The notes below the pieces were generated by a model. It worked only from the letters and a program-made list of their open reading frames with translations, was not told the origin of the DNA and made no database searches. From positions 1 through 52,892 of the forward strand of contig JAQTOQ010000001.1 of the NCBI GenBank assembly GCA_028713245.1: a stretch of 52,892 bases of DNA. Reading direction: 5' to 3'. The stretch comes from Sulfuricurvum sp. Its GTDB lineage: Bacteria; Campylobacterota; Campylobacteria; Campylobacterales; Sulfurimonadaceae. A program made the position numbers and the translations under genes. This document shows positions 1 to 8,115 of the stretch, in pieces. How positions within the stretch are numbered: the first letter of the stretch is position 1; every line of letters begins with the position of its first letter.

Positions 1-315
1 GTCTAAATCAACACTGTTACCATCATTTCGTGCCATGTGGCCATCACGGAAGAAGGTAGTGGCTTTGGTATTATTAGATGCTGAAAGCCCATTCAAATGA
101 GCACTATTGGTGTGGCTCATTTGTAACTCTTGTCCTTTTTGAGCGAAAATAGTGGCGCTTTCTTTGGCAAGTGCTTCTTCGAAACGTACATCTCGAGGTC
201 GGTAAAAAGGGGTATCGGCATTTGCAATATTACTTGCAATCATGTCTTGACGCGCTGCTCGATAATCCATAGCGTTTGTCATCAGATCATGTGCTCGTGA
301 GATATTAATGCCCAT
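1..315 (-). CDS. flgB: Flagellar basal-body rod protein FlgB (3' end runs off window)
   Basis: Manual translation from ATG at 315: MGINISRAHDLMTNAMDYRAARQDMIASNIANADTPFYRPRDVRFE, with the rod-protein N-terminal motif (IASNIANADTP); purine-rich RBS upstream. Not in ORF track because truncated. Confidence 0.93.
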   Translation of the reverse strand, partial: MGINISRAHDLMTNAMDYRAARQDMIASNIANADTPFYRPRDVRFEEALAKESATIFAQKGQELQMSHTNSAHLNGLSASNNTKATTFFRDGHMARNDGNSVDLD

Positions 316-337
316 CCCTTCCCCCTTTCATCTATTT

Positions 338-420
338 TTGAACGCCAAAGGAATTCATCCCTTTGGCTACGCTTGCCGCTATGGTACTAAAGCTTGCCTC
401 ATTGCGAGGCAGAAGTTCAA
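338..420. repeat. Structured ~83-bp element (terminal TTGAAC/GTTCAA inverted repeat, two internal hairpins) in the flgB leader
   Basis: GCCAAAGG(344-351)/CCTTTGGC(360-367) and TGCCTC(395-400)/GAGGCA(406-411) stems enclosed by a 6-bp terminal IR. Confidence 0.5.
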
Positions 421-431
421 TTAATCTTATC

Positions 432-448
432 AAGCAAAATACATTCCA
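432..448 (-). promoter_or_regulatory. Sigma54 (RpoN) -24/-12 promoter of flgB
   Basis: Minus strand TGGAATGTATTTTGCTT = GG-N10-GC; flgB is RpoN-dependent in Campylobacter/Helicobacter. Confidence 0.8.
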
Positions 449-520
449 CTTTGGCTTTAGTGGCTCTTTAATATGGCCTTGCTATACTACTACAAAATTA
501 TACAACAAACAAGTCTAAAG

Positions 521-1699
521 ATGCCAGATAAAAAATTATTTATTTTAACGACAATTCTTATCACTGTTGGTATTATTTGTTCCTATACCCTTACTGCATA
601 TGCTGTTATATTGTTCGATTATAACGCTTTTCACTTTGTTTCTCGAGAGCTCTTGATTGCCGTCATTTCTATTTTATTGATGTGGACGATTTCACAGCTT
701 GATCCTGATGTGTGGCTTCATCCTCTGGGGTTAACGCTCTTTTGGGGTGGATTGGCGCTTATGATTGCGATGCCGTTCCTTCCTTCTTTTTTAGTGACTG
801 AAGTAGGGGGTGCGAAGCGGTGGATCAAAGTCGTTGGGCTGTCAATTGCTCCTGTGGAGTTTTTTAAAGTTGGTTTTGTCTATTTTCTGGCGTGGAGTTT
901 CTCTCGTAAGCTCGGGCATCATGGTGGCATGGGGGTTATAGAAGAACTGAAACGTTTTTTTCCCTATGCCACTTTATTTATCTTAATCATGTTTTTGATT
1001 GCTATTGTTCAAAACGATTTAGGGCAGGTTATTGTTTTGGCGTTGACCCTTGCCTTTATGCTCTTTTTTGCCGGTAGCAGTTTTCGCTTTTTCTTGACGC
1101 TTATCGGGGGGGCTGTTTCTTTTTTCCTCTTTTTTATTCTTACGTCTCAACACCGTATTGACCGTATCCTCTCGTGGTGGGGTTCGGCGCAAAGTACCAT
1201 TTTGGCATTTTTACCTGAATCCATTGCAAAACATTTACGCATTGAAAATGCCGAAGAAGCGTATCAAATTGGGCACTCCCTTAATGCTATTCATAATGGG
1301 GGGCTTTTGGGAACCGGTTTGGGGAACGGCACGTTTAAGTTGGGCTTTTTGAGTGAAGTTCATACGGATTTTGTCCTTGCAGGAATCGCAGAAGAATTTG
1401 GATTTATTGGAGTGTTTGTCGTTACCATGCTTTTTATTATGATATTGCATCGCCTTTTTAAGGTTGCCAATCGTTCTAGGGCGGATACGGATTATTTATT
1501 TAGTTTGGGGATTGGATTATTGATTACGTTTGCCTTTATGCTCAATGCGTACGGGATTAGCGGATTGACACCCATTAAGGGCATATCGGTTCCACTTTTA
1601 AGTTATGGGGGATCGGCGATGCTGGCGTCGAGTGTTGCTATCGGGATGGTACTGATGATTTCAAAAAAAATACAACCCAAATTTGGAGAGAAGAAGTGA
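521..1699 (+). CDS. ftsW: SEDS-family peptidoglycan polymerase FtsW
   Basis: Multi-TM protein with GAKRWI, P-EF-K, QNDLG, EVHTDF and PLLSYGGS motifs; directly upstream of murG. Start placed at ATG 521 (MPDKK) rather than 473. Confidence 0.9.
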   Translation: MPDKKLFILTTILITVGIICSYTLTAYAVILFDYNAFHFVSRELLIAVISILLMWTISQLDPDVWLHPLGLTLFWGGLALMIAMPFLPSFLVTEVGGAKRWIKVVGLSIAPVEFFKVGFVYFLAWSFSRKLGHHGGMGVIEELKRFFPYATLFILIMFLIAIVQNDLGQVIVLALTLAFMLFFAGSSFRFFLTLIGGAVSFFLFFILTSQHRIDRILSWWGSAQSTILAFLPESIAKHLRIENAEEAYQIGHSLNAIHNGGLLGTGLGNGTFKLGFLSEVHTDFVLAGIAEEFGFIGVFVVTMLFIMILHRLFKVANRSRADTDYLFSLGIGLLITFAFMLNAYGISGLTPIKGISVPLLSYGGSAMLASSVAIGMVLMISKKIQPKFGEKK

Positions 1700-2712
1700 C
1701 CCTTATTTTTACAGGTGGCGGGACCGGCGGGCATTTAGTTATTGCTCTGTCTTTGGCGCAAGAGGCGCTCGCTCGCGGGCATAAAGTGATCTTTATCGGT
1801 TCAACAAGCGGACAAGACCGACAGTGGTTTGGCAACAGTGCCGTATTTGAAGAGACCTATTTTTTAGAAACGACAGGTGTGGTAAACAAAAAAGGGCTTA
1901 GAAAACTTGGGGCACTTTGGAAGATATTTAAAGCAGTCTTAGCGTCACGACGCATCATGAGAGCTACGAATGCGGATGCTGTTGTGAGTGTCGGCGGATT
2001 TTCGGCGGCTCCTGCAGCTATTGCCTCCTTAAGTCTGCGAACACCGCTATTTATACATGAACAAAATGCGGTAACGGGCAAGCTGAACAGTTTGTTACGT
2101 CCGTATGCAAAAGGTTTTTACAGCTCCTATGAAGAGGGAGAAAGCCATTGCGATTATCCGGTCAGTGAGATCTATTTTGACAATGCACGAACACGGGATG
2201 CCATTAAAACGGTTATTTTTTTAGGCGGATCTCAAGGGGCAAAATTTATTAACGATTTGGCTCTTGAAAGTGCATTGTGGCTTAATGAACGAGGAATTTC
2301 GATCATTCATCAATGTGGTGCCCAAGAGGAAGAGCGCGTACGCCATGCGTATCATGAACTTGGAATCGATGCAGAGGTATACGGATTTACAAATAAAATT
2401 GCGCAGCTTATTGAACGAAGTGATTTCGCCGTAAGTCGTTCGGGTGCTAGTACCCTTTGGGAGTTGTGCGCATCGAGAGTTCCTGCTTTTTATATACCAT
2501 ATCCCAGTGCCGCGGCAGATCACCAGTATCATAACGCACGCTATGTGATCGATCATAATGCCGGATGGTGTGAGCGTCAGGGTGATGGGATAGCTAAAAA
2601 GCTCAAAGAGGCGATACAGAGTGATATAAGTCTGAAAAGTGAAGCATTGGGGAAACTGATTGCATCAGATGGGGCTAAAAGAATTATTGAGAAGATAGAA
2701 GGATTGATTTAG
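1696..2712 (+). CDS. murG: UDP-GlcNAc:lipid I N-acetylglucosaminyltransferase MurG
   Basis: TGGGTGGH, HEQNA, GGSQGA, SRSGAST and DHQYHNA motifs. Confidence 0.96.
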   Translation: MTLIFTGGGTGGHLVIALSLAQEALARGHKVIFIGSTSGQDRQWFGNSAVFEETYFLETTGVVNKKGLRKLGALWKIFKAVLASRRIMRATNADAVVSVGGFSAAPAAIASLSLRTPLFIHEQNAVTGKLNSLLRPYAKGFYSSYEEGESHCDYPVSEIYFDNARTRDAIKTVIFLGGSQGAKFINDLALESALWLNERGISIIHQCGAQEEERVRHAYHELGIDAEVYGFTNKIAQLIERSDFAVSRSGASTLWELCASRVPAFYIPYPSAAADHQYHNARYVIDHNAGWCERQGDGIAKKLKEAIQSDISLKSEALGKLIASDGAKRIIEKIEGLI

Positions 2713-2724
2713 AAGATTGCTTGT

Positions 2725-2748
2725 ATTCCCACTCGAGAGAGTGGGAAT
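2725..2748. terminator. Hairpin between convergent murG and pilin genes (bidirectional terminator or REP-like unit)
   Basis: ATTCCCACTC-GAGA-GAGTGGGAAT, perfect 10-bp stem. Confidence 0.6.
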
Positions 2749-2751
2749 GAG

Positions 2752-3387
2752 TTAAAGAACAACGAGCATATTGACTGTTGCAGTCGTTTCAGCACTAGGC
2801 CATGCCAATGTGGTTGGTGTAGCACCAGCTGCACCGGCGTTCCACTGACGACAACTTCCTAGCCCTGCATCGGCTGTACCATCAACCATCGTGTCAATCG
2901 CCAAAGCAACATCTGTAGGAACAGCCGTCATATACAGTACGTTTTTATTGGTTCCATTAATTGCTAAAGAATCAAGCCATCCAGTAACCAAGCTAGTAGA
3001 ACGCTTGCCTTCAACAGAGTATGTTCCGCCATCTGGCGGTACACCTGCACTACCTCCGGTATTGGTAACGGGAACATCAAGCCCAATAGCACGAAGCCTT
3101 GCTTGAACGGTATTACTTGTTCCTAAGTTGACGTTATCAAAAGCACCATTTACTATTCCAGCTGGTAATCCACCATTTGCTGGACCATCACCTAACACTA
3201 AACCAGTACGATCCTGATATTGGTTAACCGCAATTTGCCACCCTTTAATAAAGGTATTGTAAAATTTCTTTTGCTTAGCACTATTAATCAAATCTGTCCC
3301 TTTGAGAACACCACCAATAATAAGACCGATGATAATAAGTACGATAGATAACTCTACGAGTGTAAACCCTTTTCTTTGTGTTGACAT
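2752..3387 (-). CDS. Type IV pilin / pseudopilin (candidate major pilin of the cluster)
   Basis: Class III signal peptide QRKG|FTLVELSIVLIIIGLIIGGVL; has its own promoter at the end of the pilus operon. Confidence 0.85.
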   Translation of the reverse strand: MSTQRKGFTLVELSIVLIIIGLIIGGVLKGTDLINSAKQKKFYNTFIKGWQIAVNQYQDRTGLVLGDGPANGGLPAGIVNGAFDNVNLGTSNTVQARLRAIGLDVPVTNTGGSAGVPPDGGTYSVEGKRSTSLVTGWLDSLAINGTNKNVLYMTAVPTDVALAIDTMVDGTADAGLGSCRQWNAGAAGATPTTLAWPSAETTATVNMLVVL

Positions 3388-3417
3388 GTTAAGATTCCTT
3401 TTTGTTTATCTTGAATC

Positions 3418-3447
3418 ATTATATCGGATATTTTAGATTTATTTCAA
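3418..3447 (-). promoter_or_regulatory. Sigma70-type promoter of the pilin gene
   Basis: Minus strand TTGAAA-N18-TATAAT, overlapped by the 8-bp inverted repeat ATCTTGAA(3408-3415)/TTCAAGAT(3443-3450). Confidence 0.55.
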
Positions 3448-3485
3448 GATGAAGAGTGAAATTTTGAAAAGATTATTAAAATACT

Positions 3486-4700
3486 CTATTTATTCCCCAT
3501 CTGCCCTATGAGATCGTACATCGGTCCCATAAGTCCTACCATCACGAGAGCCATAAATCCACCTACAAAAATTAGAACGACGGGTTCGATTACCTTGCCG
3601 ATATTTTCGGCGTAATAGTCTACTTTCTCATTGTAGTGGCTGGCGATGAGTTCTAGCTGACTGTCAAGATTTCCTGATGCTTCTCCAACGCTCATCATGC
3701 GAAGCATAAAGGGGCTGAAAAGCTCTGTTTTCTTAAACGATTCGGAGAGCTGAAGACCGCGTGAGAGATCATAATGGGTTGCAATAAGAGCTTTTTGAAA
3801 TACTTCATTTTGAAGGTTGTTTTTCAAGATCTCAAGAGCATTAAAGAGCGGTACCCCTGAGACGAGTGCGAGTCTTAGATATTCGGAGATAAAAGCCATA
3901 TTAAATCCAGAGACGATATGCTTGATAATTGGTATTTTAAGAATATATTTGTCCGTATGAAAGCGAACTTTTTGGTATTTTTTATGGAGCACTTTAAAAG
4001 CAACAATGAGCGCCACTAACCCCACCGCCATATAGCCGATGTAGTTGGTGAGAAACTCTGACGCTGCCATTAAAAATAGCGTGAGAGGAGGGAGTTTAAC
4101 ATTCATTTGTTTGAAAAGATCGGTCATTTGCGGAAGAACATAGAGCATCCATACGAGCATGGCGGCCGAAACAGTAGCAAAAGCGAAGGATGGGTAAATG
4201 AGTGCCTGTTTGGCTTTTTTCTTGAGCGCAAGGGTACGTTTGAGAAATTGTGCCCCGCGTTCCAGTGTTGCTTGAAGCTGTCCTGTCTCTTCGCCGATAT
4301 GGATGAGGTTAATAATCATCATTCCTAATGCTTTTTTATAGGGGATGAATGCAGCCGAGAGGGATTTTCCGCTGTTTATTTCTTCTGCGACGGTGATGAG
4401 CATTTTTTTGAATTTCGGATTTTCTGCATCTTCAGCCAGATCGAATAGCCCACTGTATAGAGGCAGTCCTGATTTGATAACGAGGTGGAGGCTTTCGATG
4501 AGCTCGATTACTTCTTCAGGAGATACGTTTACTCTGGCTGCTGGGAGAAAGGGAGTGAAGAAACTGGGAACTTCACGAATAGAGAGCGGCGTGATTCGGT
4601 GACGGGCAAGATGTTTAAGTAATGCACTGATACTTTCTTCATCGTAGAGACTGTATGAACGATGCTGTGTAGCATCGATACTCCCTACTAAAAAAAGCAT
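3486..4700 (-). CDS. GspF/PilC/MshG-family inner-membrane platform protein
   Basis: Two T2SSF repeats (GEETGQL, ALIYP, GEASGNL, IEP...PMY); adjacent to the assembly ATPase. Confidence 0.92.
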   Translation of the reverse strand: MLFLVGSIDATQHRSYSLYDEESISALLKHLARHRITPLSIREVPSFFTPFLPAARVNVSPEEVIELIESLHLVIKSGLPLYSGLFDLAEDAENPKFKKMLITVAEEINSGKSLSAAFIPYKKALGMMIINLIHIGEETGQLQATLERGAQFLKRTLALKKKAKQALIYPSFAFATVSAAMLVWMLYVLPQMTDLFKQMNVKLPPLTLFLMAASEFLTNYIGYMAVGLVALIVAFKVLHKKYQKVRFHTDKYILKIPIIKHIVSGFNMAFISEYLRLALVSGVPLFNALEILKNNLQNEVFQKALIATHYDLSRGLQLSESFKKTELFSPFMLRMMSVGEASGNLDSQLELIASHYNEKVDYYAENIGKVIEPVVLIFVGGFMALVMVGLMGPMYDLIGQMGNK

Positions 4701-6355
4701 TAGAGTACGACCCTATCTACTTCGCTAAATGTTGAATGTCCTTGCAACACTTTGATATGCCCATCATCGCGTAAACTTAGCATCCCATTTTCTCGTGCGG
4801 TTTTTTGTATGGTTTGTGATGTTGCTTCCGCTACGATAAGCGATTCTATCTCATCGTTAACTTCGAGTATCTCGATGATGGCAACACGTCCGGAGTACCC
4901 TGTATTTTGACACCGTTCGCATCCTACGGATTCATATATTTGATGAGTTGGGTAGGTTTCTAGGAGAAGAGGATGTATACCATGGCGTAATAAATCTTCT
5001 TCTAATACCTCTTTAGATGTTTTGCAATAAGGGCAAAGTTTACGAATAAGGCGTTGAGCAATAATGGCTAAAAGACCTGATCCGATAAGATAGGGGGGGA
5101 TACCTAAATCTCCGAGTCGAGGGATGGTCCCAACTGCGTCATTGGTATGCAGCGTAGAGAGGACGAGATGCCCTGTGATGGAGGCGCGGATGGCGAGTTC
5201 GGCAGTTTCTGAATCACGAATTTCTCCTACGAGCATAACGTCCGGGTCTTGGCGCATAAATGACCGCAGTGCAGTATCAAACATATACCCTGCTTTACGA
5301 TTTACCTGGGTTTGTTTGACGAAACTAAAGCGGTATTCGATCGGGTCTTCGACGGTAAGGACGTTTTTTTCCAGTGGATTTATTTTACGCAATGCAGAAT
5401 AAAGAGTTGTTGTTTTACCGCTTCCTGTAGGACCTACGACGAGGATAACGCCATAAGGTTTGGCAAAATAGTGTTCGATTTTAGAAATATTAGAGGATGA
5501 AAATCCTAAATGGGCGAGTGAAAATAGAGAACTATTACGTCCCAGTAAGCGCATAACAATGTTTTCACCAAAATTGGTCGGCATGGAGGAGACACGAAGG
5601 TCGAATTTATCGTGCAAAAATTCGTAGGTAAATGCTCCATCTTGAGGTTTTCGTTGTTCGGAAATATCGAGTTCACTAAGGATTTTTATCCGTGCAACGA
5701 TTTGTCCATGTAGCTCGATAGGGATAGAATAGTAGTGACGCATGACCCCATCGATACGATAAAAAACGTGGGTTGCAGCGCCTTCAGGTGTGATGTGGAT
5801 ATCGGTGGTTCTGTCTTTGACTGCATTGTTGATAATCAAATCAACCAGACGAACAATGTCTATGGGGAAATGCTCAGAAGCTCTTTTTGCTAACGCACGG
5901 ATTTCAGCTTCGATTGGATTGGATAGTTGATGATAGTAGATTTGAGCAAAACGTGATATTTTACTTTTATCAGCGATAACGAAACGTATTTGTTTGTGGG
6001 TCTCTTTGCGTAAATAGTCGAGAGTCATAAGATCGTTGACGTCTTGAGTTGCGATGGTGAGAATATCGCCATCTACATAAAGGGGGAGAACAAATCGCAC
6101 CTGCGCCATATTTTCTGGAACGAGCGAGAGGGCTTCTAGCGTTGGAGTAATGGCATCGAGATCGACGAAATCAAGATTGTTTTGGATGGCGGTGGCTTCT
6201 GCTATTTCATTGGCGGTAACAAAATCGAGTTCCTGGAGAATTTCTCCCAAAAATTTTGGATTGACTTTTTGGACATCTAACGCAACTTCAATTTGTTCTT
6301 CGGTAATAAATCCGAGTTCTTTGAGAAGTTGTCCTAAGGGTTTTGGAGGGGTCAT
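4700..6355 (-). CDS. GspE/PilB/MshE-family pilus assembly ATPase with N-terminal MshEN-like domain
   Basis: GPTGSGKTTT Walker A, TVEDPIE, RQDPDVMLVGEIRD, TGHLVLSTLHTND, CPYC/CERC zinc motif. Confidence 0.95.
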   Translation of the reverse strand: MTPPKPLGQLLKELGFITEEQIEVALDVQKVNPKFLGEILQELDFVTANEIAEATAIQNNLDFVDLDAITPTLEALSLVPENMAQVRFVLPLYVDGDILTIATQDVNDLMTLDYLRKETHKQIRFVIADKSKISRFAQIYYHQLSNPIEAEIRALAKRASEHFPIDIVRLVDLIINNAVKDRTTDIHITPEGAATHVFYRIDGVMRHYYSIPIELHGQIVARIKILSELDISEQRKPQDGAFTYEFLHDKFDLRVSSMPTNFGENIVMRLLGRNSSLFSLAHLGFSSSNISKIEHYFAKPYGVILVVGPTGSGKTTTLYSALRKINPLEKNVLTVEDPIEYRFSFVKQTQVNRKAGYMFDTALRSFMRQDPDVMLVGEIRDSETAELAIRASITGHLVLSTLHTNDAVGTIPRLGDLGIPPYLIGSGLLAIIAQRLIRKLCPYCKTSKEVLEEDLLRHGIHPLLLETYPTHQIYESVGCERCQNTGYSGRVAIIEILEVNDEIESLIVAEATSQTIQKTARENGMLSLRDDGHIKVLQGHSTFSEVDRVVL

Positions 6356-6367
6356 AAAAATCCTTTA

Positions 6368-7135
6368 TTAATTGACTACCAAAGCATATTGGCGAGTTGT
6401 TGACATACCGCGGCTGGTGATTTGAATTGTAAAAATACTCGTTCCAGGTGTTGTTTGTGTACCACTTAAGAGACCTGCAGGCGTGAGGGTAAATGCGGGT
6501 GCGCCTGCAGGAAAGGCTCCTGCTGTACGGCTGAATGTGTACGTTCCATTGCCTCCATTGCCTGCAAATGTGAGTGCATAGGGAGATCCCACCGCTCCTA
6601 AATGGAGAGAAGGATTAGCAAGAGTGGGTACTTGGCAACCGATAGTGGATTGTAGCTCACCTAAAGTCGCTTGTGTGTGAAAGTCATCATACGGGCGTCC
6701 GGCTGTGATTGTGTTCCATTGAGGAAAAGTGATAGTATTCCCGATACGTGAGGTTTCAATTTGCATATTTTCTCCGGCAACCGCTAACACAAAACCAACA
6801 TTGGGAGTGTTGACACCATTGGAATCAGTTGTGTTGAGTAAAGTGGTTTGAAGACCGCAAATATTAGCCTGTAAAGCAGCATCAGAATTATAATAAATAG
6901 GGGTATTTCCGGCTCCTACAAGGTTCATACTCGTAAATTGGGCTGCTGTTGGAAGACGGTTATTGTTAATAGCATAGGCAATAACTACCTCTTTTGCTGC
7001 ATTGAGAGTATTTTTAGCTTCAGTAGAGCGTGCTTTTTCTCCCATAGTCTTCATCATCTGAAAGGCACCTCCCATCAAAAGACCGACAACGATCAAAACC
7101 ATGGCAAGTTCTATAAGGGTAAAGCCTTTTTTCAT
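6368..7135 (-). CDS. Minor pilin/pseudopilin with C-terminal putative Ig-like domain
   Basis: MKKG|FTLIELAMVLIVVGLL N-terminus; C-terminal GAVGSPYALTF...GGNGTYTFS...LTPAGLLSGT...FTIQIT resembles He_PIG Ig repeats. Confidence 0.8.
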   Translation of the reverse strand: MKKGFTLIELAMVLIVVGLLMGGAFQMMKTMGEKARSTEAKNTLNAAKEVVIAYAINNNRLPTAAQFTSMNLVGAGNTPIYYNSDAALQANICGLQTTLLNTTDSNGVNTPNVGFVLAVAGENMQIETSRIGNTITFPQWNTITAGRPYDDFHTQATLGELQSTIGCQVPTLANPSLHLGAVGSPYALTFAGNGGNGTYTFSRTAGAFPAGAPAFTLTPAGLLSGTQTTPGTSIFTIQITSRGMSTTRQYALVVN

Positions 7136-8115
7136 TGTGAATCCCTTAGTGCTTGAATTCGTGATTTTGAAGCCGTTCGCAAGGTTTCAAAATCACTTCC
7201 TAGCTGTGTAAGTTGAGTGTAAAAATAAATGGCTTGCTTTTTCTCTCCTGATATATCGACACTTCGTGCATAGGCATAAAGGATATGAGGATCTGATGGG
7301 TTAGCATTATAGGCCATTTTGTAAAAAGCATTTGAACGTTCTATATTATTTTCTTGCTCAAAAAAGTAGCCGCAGAGCATAGAAAGTTTACCGCTTTTAT
7401 CGTACGCTAGATAGGGGGATAGAGAAGTATAGAGATCACTGCGTCCTGCTTCGAGCGCCCCTATTCCATAGGAGTAAAGATAATCGTTAATTCCTCGTTT
7501 TCCTTCAATCTTTTTTTCTAGAAGGGTAAAAGAGCCTTCGCGGCCGTAAAGATAGGCGAGATTTATAAGAATTTGACGCTCATTCATTCCTGATGCAATC
7601 ATCATTTCATAATAAATGGTTGCTTGAGTGAAGTCGTGCTGTTGATAAGCTTTTGTGGCATCTACGATAAGCCGCGTTTGAGCTTGTTGAGAGAGTGGTG
7701 ATGGTATGGTCATTACAGTAGGTGTGAGATGCTGCGCAGAGCTAGATTGTGTGGCATTATTTGGTGATGCAGTTTTTACAGATTGATTTTTTGTATTAGG
7801 ATAAAGGGTAAAGGAAGAGTCAAAACCTGCTTTTTTAAAATCTCGGATTATCCATGGGAGAATACGGGGGTAAGCAGGATTTTGATAACGAGTAGCATAA
7901 TATTCTCCTACACGATAAATGTCCACGTATTGGCGATGATAAGCAGGCACTTGTTTAAGAGATTCTATCGCACCCTCTAATGATTTAGAAGAGTGGATTT
8001 GTAGTGTTTGTGTTGAAATTGTTTGTTGCGTATTTGGAGGTGGAGTTCCAAAAGAGAGCTCATCGCCACAAAGGGACAGTATTAGAAAAAATACAAATAA
8101 TGCAGTGTGTCTCAT
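7132..8115 (-). CDS. Exported TPR-repeat protein of the pilus operon (MshN-like position), possible N-terminal SPOR-like domain
   Basis: Signal peptide, S/T/P/Q-rich linker, TPR-like helices (AYQQHDFTQATIYYE; YKMAYNANPSDPHILYAYA). Confidence 0.6.
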   Translation of the reverse strand: MRHTALFVFFLILSLCGDELSFGTPPPNTQQTISTQTLQIHSSKSLEGAIESLKQVPAYHRQYVDIYRVGEYYATRYQNPAYPRILPWIIRDFKKAGFDSSFTLYPNTKNQSVKTASPNNATQSSSAQHLTPTVMTIPSPLSQQAQTRLIVDATKAYQQHDFTQATIYYEMMIASGMNERQILINLAYLYGREGSFTLLEKKIEGKRGINDYLYSYGIGALEAGRSDLYTSLSPYLAYDKSGKLSMLCGYFFEQENNIERSNAFYKMAYNANPSDPHILYAYARSVDISGEKKQAIYFYTQLTQLGSDFETLRTASKSRIQALRDSQ

